Shown here: piece by piece, positions 12,245-24,427 of the stretch
Layout of the letters: each line of letters starts with the position of its first letter
Numbering within the stretch: the first letter of the stretch is position 1
Origin: Neoconidiobolus thromboides FSU 785
Taxonomy: Eukaryota; Fungi; Entomophthoromycota
Direction of reading: 5' to 3'
DNA length: 64,000 nucleotides
Assembly (NCBI GenBank): GCA_025603075.1
Contig: MU626285.1
Location: forward strand, 1 to 64,000
Made by a program: the position numbers and the translations under genes
The notes under the pieces: model-generated
What the model was told of the DNA's origin: nothing
Seen by the model: only the letters and a program-made list of their open reading frames with translations
The model's database searches: none

Positions 12245-15200
12245 AGTCAAGCTTCTTGAAAAGGAATTGTCTTAGTATTATGAATATACATAATTGTTTG
12301 CTCAAAGTGTTTGAAATCCATGAATAAAACATATAAAGTCAATAGTTTCTTAACATAGTAGTATCCTTAACTTCTAGTTCACAGTATCTATCTACATTAT
12401 GTTAAATAACGTAAAGTTTGCTCAAACTACAACTTTCTTCCTATTTCACTTAAAAATATGACACTAAAGATATTATCTAATACTTTTTCATAATTATTAA
12501 CTATTGATCACTATTTTGACAATATATTCACTCTTTCATAATGTTTGAAAGAATAAAAAATCTTCGCTTTACTTACGACATTTAATTAAAATACAACAAT
12601 TTTTATTCTATCAAACAGAACATTTGATAAAAAGTAAGGTATATACTGTTTAAATTTGTATCTCTTGTGTGTAATTTTATTGATTAGCAGTCATGCTATA
12701 AATATACCTATTGTAGTTGAATTTGTAATAACTCATATTTAAATGATTATCTTCTAAAATGCTTTGTTAAAACTAAATTACGTATTTTCATTATAAAAGG
12801 TTATTCTCTTAAAATAACTTTACTATGTAAATTCAATTATAATTAACTTGAGATGAAGGTAGAATAATTTTCTGTGACTAAGAATCTTTTTGAATAGTTG
12901 AGTTTAAACTTAGTTTCAAACAGTTAAGAGATTTTTTTGACTACAAAAGTAAACAATTTTTAATTTTCCTACGTCATTTTTTTTTGAATGGAATTCCATT
13001 TAGAATAGTTGAATTTTAAAAAATAAATTATAGTTGCTATAACTCTGTTGTGACATGATTTTCAGTAATTTTTAGAGCCAGTTCTATAATTTTCCGGCCC
13101 TTTGTTGTACTAGTAAGATTTTATTTTAAATAACTAGATTGATTACAACAGAGTTACAACAGTTTTTATTAATTTGATATTCTATTTACTTTTAATAGTT
13201 AATTTATTCTAAATACTTCAAAACAGATTCATCTATAATAAATTATTTTTTTGATTTTAGTTTTAATTCAACATTTCAAAGACATAACATCGTTAATGTA
13301 TAAAGTTTAATTATAGTTTTTAAAAATTTAATATTTATTTATAGGAATTTTAGTTAAGCTTCTCAAAAAATATCTAGAATTCAACTTACCAAAATAGTTT
13401 GAATTTCTTCAAATCAATCATAACTAATGATGTCATCTTTAAAATCACAAAATTCAATTAAAAAAATTTATCTTTACCTTAAGTCTGTTATAATTAAAGG
13501 TCCTCAACATTTAAAAAATATTAGATAATTCCAAAAAAAGCATATTAAAATTTTTAATTTTCAATTACTTTAATGCCTAAAAGTACTTTTGCCTGATAAT
13601 TAGTTTAAAGGATAATTTAGCATAGACTGTATATTTTTATTATGATTTAAAAAACGGGTATATAACAAATTGAGATCAATTGCTTTAGGCATATAAATTC
13701 TAATTTTAAAAATATCTAATGTTATTTTTGAGCTGAACAAATTCTAAACAAAACTATCAACTATATAAACATTTTAATTTATAATAAAATACAGCTCTAT
13801 AGATAATGTATTTTTATTAAAATTAATGTTCTTTGTTATATTCGCTAATTACCAATATGTAAGTATACAATAAAAAAATAAATTACACAAAATTCTAGAT
13901 TATTTCTATTACAAATAGTCCGTAATAAAGCCTAATTTTTTATGTAAGTTTTAAAGAGGTATACCTATAAATTTTATATCATTAAATTAATTACTTAAAC
14001 ATACCTATATATGTAATATAGCTTCATTTACTCTTTTTCTCTTCAACTATCAACTGGACCTTTTATTGAGCTTCTTGATTCATTACTTAACTTGCAAATT
14101 GAGGAAAATACAACCCAATTATCTGTTTGAAGCATCCGCCATAATAAGTGTAATCTTTATTTATTTGTTATTAAGCCTAGTCATTGAAAATATACCATGA
14201 ACATTCTGGTTTCTATCATGACAGTTTTAAATTAAACGATAGTAATTCGAACTAATCTATTTATAATAATAAAGAATCGATAAATAAAATTTATTAAATT
14301 TCGCGCTACTCTAATTACTATTATTTCTGAATAGTGATATCAAATAGATTGTGATTAAATAAAAAATAAAAAAATTCTCTATCCATTATTTTTATAGTTT
14401 TAAAACAATAAAATGTTACTATCAACGTGATCTTTATCCTTACAACTGCCTTTATAAACTATTTTAAATAGAAGCAAAACTAAAATATTTAAAATCCAAA
14501 CAGCCTATATTAGATTAAACATACATCTTGTTAATAAATGGGTTTAGGATCAATTATATATTATTTAATATGATTGATTAAATTTTAGATTAATTTTAGC
14601 AGATTTTAACAGGTATGGGTAAATATACTATTGTTAAAAAATGCGATAAGCCCTATTAAAAAGTAAATTATAAAACATTATATTATATTATATAATAGCT
14701 TGAGTTTTAATTTCAACTTGTTGACTAATATTTAAAATATATAGCTTTAATTGCTCAATTTTCGTGTATATGATTTATCAAATTAAATAATATTTAGTTT
14801 TATAAATAAGAACATATTTGAAAGTCAACCTAGCTTTAAAATTAACTACGAATTGCTTTGTAATAAAACAGAGCTTTAATTCAAACATACCAAAGTTCCC
14901 ATGGTAGACTAGAATAAATATACTTCATTGAAATCAACGTTTATGCGATAAGGTGAGATTAGCCTAAAGTAGAAATTTTGTTTTCCCTTATCTTTTAAAA
15001 AAAAGATTCATCCTAAACTAATCAATAAGTGACGTTTAATCTTGTGTAAGGGCTTTGTTGCAAATCATCTCCGAGAATAAAGTAATGTAACTGTATTTGA
15101 TTGGTGGAACATCCCTAAAGAAGGCTCATAATGATGAGATTATATAGTTTACACTTCTTATATGTTTCCTCGTATAAATTATCTAAAATTTTACCATGAG

Positions 15201-15399
15201 AATTACGTCAACATTATATTTAAAGGGTGACAAGCGAAACAATATAAATAGACTTTAAGGGTAATTACTTTTTTATTTTTAATACTCTCATTTTCTTTTA
15301 AATTATTGAAAATACCAATCAACTCTTCAAATAAATTGTAAAACCAATACATATCTAACTTCTTTTGTGTTAATACTTTACTATAGATAAAAAAGCGAT

Positions 15400-18176
15400 A
15401 TGAGCCCTGCAAATACTGTAAAACCTACTACATCTAAAGATGGGAAAACTGCTGCTAATGAAGGTCGTCCTAAATTAGCTAGAAAACTTTCCGTTCCTCG
15501 TGGTATCAACTCTGTTGCTACCCCTGAGCTTAAACTCCCCAATGCCCGCTTTGCAAAATGCTGGGCTGAATATCGTCAAGAAGAGGGAAAAGATGTTGAA
15601 TCTATTCAAAAATCAATCATCCGTCACATGAATAACACCTTAGCTTTTGCTCCTGAAAAGATTGATTCTCTCGTACTTTATCAATCATTGTCATTCTCGT
15701 AAGTTTATTCAATTAATATATATCAATTTTATTAAAGATTATAGTATCCGTGATCGTCTCATTCATAACTGGAATAACACCCAAATGGTAATACTTATTA
15801 ACACTATTAAGAACAATTACTAAAATTTTATAGCATTACATCGCCAAAAAACCAAAGTCTGTATATTATCTCTCTATGGAGTTTCTTCTAGGTCGTTCTT
15901 TAGATAACGCTATGCTATCTCTTGGAATGAAAGATCAATACTCAACTTCTACCGAAGAACTTGGATTCAGTATGGAAGACCTTTTAGATGAGGAACGTGA
16001 TGCTGCCCTTGGTAATGGTGGCCTTGGTCGTCTTGCTGCTTGCTACATTGACTCTCTTGCTAACACTGATTTACCAGGTTGGGGTTATGGTTTACGTTAT
16101 AACTATGGTATGTTCCAGCAAAAGATTGTGGATGGTCATCAAACTGAAGTTCCAGACTTCTGGCTTAACTTTGTTAACCCATGGGAACTCCCACGTCTTG
16201 ATAAAGCTTACAATGTTCGCTTCTTTGGTGGTGTTCGTGATGAACAAGACCAAAAGACTGGTAAAAACAAGCGCGTATGGGATGGTGGTCAAATTGTACA
16301 AGCTGTTGCTTATGATGTCCCAATTCCAGGTTATAACACAAGTACTATGGGTAACATTCGTTTATGGAGCTCTCGTCCTACAAAGAACTTTGACCTTGGT
16401 AGCTTCAATGCTGGTGATTACGATCACTCAGTTGAAGAAAAGAAATCAGCTGAAAACATTACCTCAGTCTTATATCCAAATGACAACCATATGGTAGGTA
16501 AAGAGCTTCGTCTTAAACAAGAGTATTTCTTAGTATGTGCTACTCTTCAAGATATTATTTCTCGCTTTAAGAGCAAGGATAATTATAAATGGTCTAACTT
16601 CCCTGAAGAAGTTGCCATCCAGCTTAACGACACTCATCCAACTCTTGCTATTCCTGAACTTCAACGTGTACTTATCGATGAAGAAGGTTTGGAGTGGGAT
16701 GAAGCTTGGAACATTGTCACAAAGACTTTTGCGTTCACCAATCACACTGTCTTACCTGAAGCTTTAGAACGCTGGCCAGTTGATCTTGTTAAACATCTCC
16801 TTCCTCGTCACATGGAAATTATTTATGCCATTAATCTTTTCTTCCTTCAAAAAGTTGAAAAACTTTTCCCCGGAGATCGTGATCTCCTTAGAAACCTTTC
16901 TGTCATTGAAGAAGGCTCCCCACAATACCTTCGTATGGCTTCTTTAGCTGTCATTGGTTCCCATACTGTAAATGGTGTTGCTGCCCTTCACTCTAAGCTT
17001 ATTAAGGAAATCCTCTTTAACCACTATATTCGTTTCTTTGGTGAAGAAAAATTCACCAATGTCACCAACGGTATTTCTCCTCGTCGTTGGTTACACCAAG
17101 CTAATCCTAACTTAAGCCAACTTATTAGCTCTAAGGTTGGTGATCTCTCTTGGATTAAAGATATGTCTAAGCTCAAAATCCTTAATGATTTTGCCGAAAA
17201 CAAAGAATTCCAAGAAATCTGGCGTGACATTAAATACCAAAATAAGGCCCGTCTTGCTGGTTATATCAAAAACAATTTAAATATTGATGTATCACCAGAT
17301 GCATTATTTGATATCCAAGTTAAACGTATTCATGAATATAAACGTCAATTCATGAATATCCTTAGCGTTATCCATCGTTACTATGAAATTAAAGAATTAT
17401 CTAAGGCTGAGTTAGAAAAGGTTGTTCCACGTGCCGTAATCTTTGGTGGTAAAGCTGCTCCTGGTTATTATATTGCCAAACTTGTCATTAAACTTATCAA
17501 CTCTGTATCTGAAAAGATCAACAACGATGCTTCTATCCAAGACAAACTTAAGGTTGTTTTCCTTCCTGATTACAACGTATCTCTTGCTGAAGTTATCATC
17601 CCAGCTTCTGATATTTCTCAACATATTTCTACTGCTGGTACTGAAGCTTCCGGAACTTCAAACATGAAATTTGTACTCAACGGTGGCCTTATCCTTGGTA
17701 CTGTTGATGGTGCTAATATTGAAATTGAAGAAGAAATTGGATCCGAAAATATCTTCACTTTTGGTGTATTAGCCCATGAAGTTGAAGATCTCCGTCACGA
17801 AACTCGTATGGGTAAAAGACCAACTAATCCAAAACTTCAAAAAGTATTGCAAAGAATCCAAAGTGGCGAATTTGGAAACTCAGACATCTTTTCACCATTA
17901 TTATCTACAATTAGTGGTGGAAATGATTATTATCTCCTTAATGAAGATTTCGATGGCTATCTTGAAAAACAAAAGGAAATTGAAAAGGCATATCTTAATA
18001 AAGAATCCTGGACCGCCAAATCAATTAGATGTACTGCCAATATGGCCAAGTTCTCTTCTGACCGCTCCATCCTTGAGTATGCTGAACGTATCTGGAATAT
18101 TGAACCTTGCCCACCACCAAGTGATTCTGCCGCTATCCTTGAAGATTTAAAAATTGTTTATAACGACAAACAATAG
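15400..18176 (+). CDS. GPH1: Glycogen phosphorylase (3 exons)
   Basis: DAALGNGGLGRLAACY, AIQLNDTHP, NGVAALH, TNGISPRRW, QVKRIHEYKRQ and EASGTSNMKF (PLP lysine). Two short introns at ~15699-15743 and ~15785-15833. Confidence 0.97.
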
Positions 18177-18328
18177 ATAGTTTCAATGTTATTGCTTTAA
18201 TCTCCATTGTTATAAGTTATCATCTCCAAATAAATTAAGATTTATATTAAAATGTCAAAAATCAAAAACTCTTTGAATTAGTTTCACTTGTTAAAACTTT
18301 ATCATAGCAGTAGTTTAGTTCAACAAAG

Positions 18329-18435
18329 AAATGGGGATGTATTTTTTTGCTTAATAGTTTTACTAATAATCTCTCTGCTCAAATAGCGCTTGAAAAATGG
18401 AAGAAGTTATGAAACCAAAAAAAACAGTCCCATAT
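18329..18435 (+). mobile_element. MITE copy
   Basis: aaat|ggggatgt...gctcaaatagcgct...acagtccc|atat. Confidence 0.8.
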
Positions 18436-19013
18436 ATTGTGGGTAGGAGCTTTAATTTTTGGCTACTTTGTTGTATCTTTACAGTGTTTATTTCAAGCTT
18501 CATTAAACAATAACAGGGACATCCATGATTTTTATAGACAATTTCAAATAGTCAATAATAATGATTGAGAAAAAGAAATTGAGTTAGAAATCAATAAACA
18601 ATAATATAAAAAGCCTGAAAATTGCAATCTTTTTATAATTTCTCTTTCAAACGCCATAAGTTTTTCTTAAAATTGTAAATAACACAAGTAATGTCCTTTC
18701 CAGTAAAAAGCACTTCTAAATCACTATTATAAAAAAACCAAAATGAATCACATAGTTACTAAAAGCTAAATACATATTATTATCTATAAAAAAAAGAAAA
18801 AATGCTATACAAAACCTATTGAAGCTTTTAACACTAAGAGCAATTATGTGGAACTAAAAAAACACTTAATAATTTAAAAGTAATTTAAAAGTTAAACTAT
18901 AATAAAATCAATTGAAGCATGTCTCCAAATTATAAATAATATAATCTAAAAAAATTAAACAAAATAGCTAAAAAAACTATTATTGTAAGTTATAAAATTA
19001 ATTTTAAAAAACT

Positions 19014-19120
19014 ATATGGGGATGTATTTTTGTGTTTAAGAATTTTACTAACAAATTTTCCGCTTAAATAGTGTTTAAAAGATGGAAAAAATAATGAAGT
19101 TAAAAAAAACACTCCAATAT
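19014..19120 (+). mobile_element. MITE copy
   Basis: atat|ggggatgt...acactcca|atat. Confidence 0.85.
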
Positions 19121-19286
19121 AAAAGCTATTTGATTAATAAAAAATATAAATTAAATTTAATTGTTATAATGTTTTTGCCAAAATCATATTTAAGTAAGCT
19201 TTTAAAAATATTTATATATTATAGTAAAACTGTTTTACATTTTTTTAAAAATAGCAACTTATGTTGAAAAAATTTAACATAATTTT

Positions 19287-19483
19287 ATTTAAAAATGGGG
19301 ATGTATTTTTTTGTTTATGAATTTTACCCAATTTTTCCATTCAAATAGCGCTTAAAAAATGGAAAAAGTGATCAAGTCAAAAAAAACACCCCCAAATGTT
19401 TTTTTTAGCTTGATCACTTTTATTATAAGTGCTGTTTAAGCAGAAAAATTGTTAATAAATTTTTTTAAAATATATCTTTATCT
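19287..19483. mobile_element. Nested MITEs: young + copy (19293-19397, TSD AAAT/AAAT) inside an old decayed - copy
   Basis: Removing the inner copy and one AAAT restores attt|aaaaatgttttttttagcttgatcacttt...gttaataaattt...tatatcttt|atct, a G>A/C>T-decayed minus copy. Confidence 0.7.
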
Positions 19484-19513
19484 AATAAAAATATATTAAT
19501 TAAATTTTTTAGT

Positions 19514-19613
19514 ACATGAGACTATTTTTTTATTTATAAGTTTTACTAACAAATAGCTTCTTTAAATAATGCTTAAAAACAAAAAAAAGACAAAGTCAAA
19601 AAAATCCTCATAT
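19514..19613 (+). mobile_element. Degenerate MITE copy
   Basis: Recognisable ttttactaacaaat...aaataatgcttaaaaa...aaaatcctc|atat. Confidence 0.6.
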
Positions 19614-19881
19614 TTATTAAATTTTTTAGTTTTAATTAGAGTAGAGAATTTTAAATTATGAACTCAGAGTTTTAAATAAATTAAAAAACTTTTTAAAATT
19701 ATATAAATACTTTAAATACTTTGTAAAGTAAGTTTTACATTTAAAAAAACTCCAACACTCGATATAACATCATATTTTATTAATTAGAATAAGTAATTTT
19801 TTAAATAGACATAACATAAATATTAAAAATCAAATGTCTTTAATCAAGTATATAAAATTTAAAATAAGCAAATAAAAGATT

Positions 19882-19980
19882 ATATAAGGATGTATTTTTT
19901 GTTTAAGAATTTTAGTGATAGTTTTTCTATTCAAATAGCGCTTAAAAAATGGAAAAAGTGATGAAAAAACACCCCTATTA
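19882..19980 (+). mobile_element. MITE copy
   Basis: atat|aaggatgtatttttt...tcaaatagcgcttaaaaaatggaaaaagtg...acacccct|atta. Confidence 0.75.
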
Positions 19981-20798
19981 TATCCTTAAAAAAGCTATCA
20001 ATTTACAATTAAACATAAAAAATCAATTAACCCCTTTTCTGTTACAACTTAATTTCATATATTTCTAAAGTCAATTAGTTATTTGGTTGATTTAATTTTT
20101 TGTCTCTATTGACTAAAATTTTCATAATAACATTCAATTAATTTTTTTACAAATAGCTATACATCTTTAGTTGTGTATTAAAACTCTACTTTTAAAAGAA
20201 CTTTCCTCAATAAACATGAAATGTTATAAATAAGGGGAAAAAACATTAAAATTAAGTTAAAATCAATGTCTGACACTAATATAACATCCATCAAAAATTA
20301 GCAAAGTTATTATATTGTCTAGATTAGAAGTTCAGATCTTACAGAGCAGCCAAATACTGTCAAATATATTATCAAAAGGTAAGTCATTGTATTGTAATCG
20401 GTATAACATTCCAAAGATTCAAGGTGTTTGTGTCTCAAGCTAATTATCATTAGAGCTTTTGCTATAAGCTACGGCTATGAACTTTTGATTCTAATAGAAT
20501 TTGGTAGATTTCTCATTCTGTGAGTCGACTAATTTTAGTATACTAAATTTTTTGGTCTGATTTTTAAAAATTGCATGATAGTCAAAAATAGCCAATAATT
20601 CAACTATATAGATGGCCTCTACTTGTCAAAACTTAGTTGAGCTTCAAGGTTTTAGACGAATAGAAGCCGTCCGAATAAATGAATGGGTTAACACTTATAT
20701 TTAATCACTTAATCATTTAAAAAAATCAAAACAAATACATGGCTATAATAAATTAAAAAATTGGATACTAATTATTTATAGTTAGTGACATAAACTTA

Positions 20799-21466
20799 TT
20801 ACTCAACAACATTGAGATTAAATTTTTGATTAGTATTATGATCTTTATAAATACCAGCATCTAAATCCAAACTGTCTACAAGTTTCGATAATATTAAGGA
20901 TGATTTCAATAGGCCAAGCTTATGATTTCGGTGACTTGATATTATGTTTTGGTCTTTAATTAATGAGGCTAAAGGAGAATTATGATACACTCTTCCATTA
21001 CTTTTAGAGACATATAATTTTTTAGGGTCCATTGGGAATTTTAAATCACCTCCCCAAATTAAATTTCCTTCGGTATTTTAGCAAAATAAAACATAGTAAA
21101 AATTAAGTACCTTGCTCATCTATGTCTTTAAAAACAATTGGTGTATCTTCTACTTTTATGAAATTAAACTCCTTACCACACGGACTTAGATAAGGATATT
21201 CAGTTGGATCTTTTAAATTATTTATAGTTAATCTTTTGAAAAAGAAATTTAGAAATTTTATATCTTTAAAACCTAAATGAAAACATTAAAACAATGAATA
21301 ATTCTTATAAACTAAACTTACAAGTTGTGAAATTCTTTGGTTTCGTATCCATTAAGAATAGTTGGCCATGAACATCAATAAAATAAAAATACTCCCTTGA
21401 GTCTATTTTGTTACTATATCCTCTAAATATGTTCTTTAGTCCATTGGAAATCCTTCTGTTAATCAT
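20799..21466 (-). CDS. C8orf82/UPF0598 (DUF4505)-like protein, probably mitochondrial (3 exons)
   Basis: Spliced: MINRRISNGLKNIFRGYSNKIDSREYFYFIDVHGQLFLMDTKPKNFTTC|FKDIKFLNFFF...YPYLSPCGKEFNFIKVEDTPIVF...|..GRVYH. REYFY.ID.HGQLFL and Y.SPCG.E.N are family hallmarks. Basic, Arg-rich N-terminus. Confidence 0.8.
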
Positions 21467-21694
21467 CTTTAACTATTTTAAGAAGTAGTGTGAAACAAAA
21501 AATAGCAACAACAAAGTAGCTAGCATTTTATTAATATCTTGTCATCATTTTTAAAATGAAGTCTTTACTAATCTAATCCAATAATATAAGAACTAATGGG
21601 TAAAATGAAAATCACTTGCGCAATTTAAGACTGCATAATCTGCAACATCTCAATTTTGAAATTGCAAAAATGGTGACATAAAATTTGTTATTTG

Positions 21695-21801
21695 ATAAGA
21701 GAGGATGTATTTTGTATTTAAGAATTTTACTAACAATTTTTCCGCTCAAATAAGGCTTAAAAAATAGAAAAAGTAATGAAACTAAAAAAACATCCCCATA
21801 A
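21695..21801 (+). mobile_element. MITE copy
   Basis: ataa|gagaggatgt...ccgctcaaataaggcttaaaa...acatcccc|ataa. Confidence 0.8.
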
Positions 21802-22840
21802 ATTATTTTTATATTTTCTGAGTAAGAACCTATGAAACATTTAAATATATATTTAAAAATATGAAGACCTCTAAAATTTTGAACCTTTTGGGGTATTTTA
21901 GTTTCATAGCAAACTATATCAAAACAAAAAATATATTGTTTGCTCTATATTACAGACAATGTAGGATTTTCTTAATTCACTATTAGATGTAAGGAATCTG
22001 AATTTCATACATTTGAAACTTTCCTTAATCAAAGTAGTGGTTGTGCTTTCTTAGAAAATTGCATATAGATAAAATAAGTCTTTAATCTGTAGCTTTTATA
22101 TTAAGCTTATACAGTAGCTATCTTTATTTTGCTATAGCCCAAACCCAATAACAATGTAAGAATTTAAAATTATATCATTTCTAATATATTTAATAAACCA
22201 AAAGGTTAGCAGTAGATTTGTTTACATAAAAAAGCAGAAATAAAGAAAATTGATTAACCAAAAGCATTGTGTAAAATTTAACTTATTCCAAGGACAATTT
22301 TCTATATTTATTAGAAATACAAATCTAAATTCTGAGAAACATCGGAGAATAGCTTTCTTATCATTTAAGTGTGGCTTTTAGATGTTGTAAAGAGCCCAAA
22401 TCCATATTTCATCAAGGAAAGCCGTTTAAAAAAGAGCAATCCAAAGAAAGATCTAAAATCTACATTTTATGCTATGAAGCATAAAGATTTTATATCTGAC
22501 TTTTAATCCGTAAACCATGATAAAGGTGAAAGTTCAAAAGAGGTAAAAAGCTTAAGAGCGCTAAATCGTTATTATCATTAATTTAATAAAAATAATTTAT
22601 ATTTTAATGAGAATAATGTATAAGGAAGTTTATTATTATTGCTATGCTAATCAATGTTTATGTGAAGTTACTTTAAATAATATTACATTAATCTTCGGGT
22701 GCCTCAAGAATTATTTTAGGCTCTAAAATCTCTGTAAGTTTGCCAGATTTGTAAATAAAAATATTTTGCTACCTTTTGTAATGATCTAATGTTATCATTA
22801 AATTATTTGTAAAGCCGAATATATGGTATGTTAAAGCAAG

Positions 22841-22947
22841 ATATGGGAGTGTTTTTTTTGACTTCATTATTTTTTCTATTTTTTGAGCGCTATTTAAGCG
22901 GAAATTTTATTAGCAAAATTCTTAAACACAAAAATTCATCCCCATAT
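22841..22947 (-). mobile_element. MITE copy
   Basis: atat|gggagtg...gagcgctatttaagcggaaa...catcccc|atat. Confidence 0.85.
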
Positions 22948-24427
22948 TGTTTTCAATGATATTGTATAAATTGATGTTCCTAATGATATCTTTGCTTTTA
23001 ATAAAATTCATATAAAGAGCCAAATACATTCCCTATTATTAAAGATCGTGTTGCTTACCTCTGCATTCCATATCAATTACAAACAAAACAAAATAGCGAA
23101 TATTTTTTAAAATCTTTATAAACTAATGTTTATTAAAATAACTGATTAATAACTTGATTTTTATTTTAAAAATTTAAAATTAAATTCTTATACTTTAAAG
23201 TTTAATATTTTATCATACTTGTTGTTTATTAATGACGAGTTATTAAATAATTTTAATATTAAGGGTCTTGATGACCCACATAATAGTATACTTAAAAAGT
23301 TTGGGGTAACCATGTTTCATTAAAAATCCTGTAGAAACTTTAAGACATTAAATTTAATAAAACCGTTTTATAAGACACTTTAATTGATGAAACCCTTAAA
23401 AAATATATTTACCTATAGATATAGTAAACATTGCGCTATATAGCTTTGCTATTTTAAACTCAAAATATTCAAATAACCTTATCAAAGTGCTTGAAGTATC
23501 TCACGCGCTGATATGTATTACGATATATGACTGATCACTGCTAATCTCAATAATACATATAAGTACTTATTCATCAAAACACTACAGTCAGTTTTTTTTA
23601 AAATCAATTTAATAAATTATCAAGAACTTTAAAAGGTACTTTTATTAATAGTTCATGTTCTTTGTATTAAGAGACTAATAAGTCAATTTAAATATTAAAT
23701 ATAACCATCGACCACCTACCAATCCAACATTTTATCAGCGATCCACTTTAAACTCTTACCACTTTTTATTCTAAAACAAGGTAATCTCTTAACTATCAGA
23801 TATAAGGACGGGTACTGAAAATTATCTTCTTTAATTAATCCGCTTGTTATAGCTTATAATTGGCTAAAAATATTACTCCGTTTGATTTCCCCCCAAAGTT
23901 GGCTCAATTACTTATGATTTTCCGTGTTTTCATAGTTCTTCATGACCACGGAATAATTGCGAATATAAGATAAGATTTGGAAATACAAGAATTAAGGCTC
24001 AATGAAAGTGTGATGCACCTATTTAGAACACAAAAAAATTAAATTGAGTAGATAGATCTAATAACCTTTGATAAAACGTTTTTACTTCATAATATTGTCT
24101 CCTTTTATTGTTTTTGAACAAAATCAGTCCTAAGTGTTGTTGGTTTATTTATATTTTAATTAGAGCTAAAACTGATTTTTTTTACCTCCTTTTTTAAAAA
24201 TTCGATATTTTTCAAAGAGTTATTATATAAGAATAAACTTGTTAACAGTAATTTTGGTTCCTTTTATTCTTAATAAGTTAATGACATTGTTCTCAAGCAT
24301 CATAATCTTGAGATAAAAGCAAAAAAAAAATTCAAGTCTATAAATAAAAGAGGGTTTGAATTTTGTCATTAAATTTGTTGAATTTAGTTTAATTTTTAGT
24401 TTCCGACGCAATCGTCTACTTATTAAT

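Noticed and set aside
12361-12370. GTATCCTT U12-type donor-like motifs (12361, 26381)
   Set aside because: Both are intergenic with no adjoining exon, and all introns I traced in genes are ordinary GT-AG.
19082-19267. 61-aa ORF in the ORF track
   Set aside because: Starts inside a MITE copy and runs through low-complexity AT DNA; spurious.
20540-20690. Minus-strand peptide AIYIVELLAIF resembling a retroelement RNase H motif
   Set aside because: Single short motif, surrounded by stops, with no RT or other retroelement signal nearby.
23490-23555. Partial similarity to the reverse complement of 61460-61510 (cacgc...atgactgat...cactgcta)
   Set aside because: Only scattered 5-9 bp matches with inconsistent spacing.
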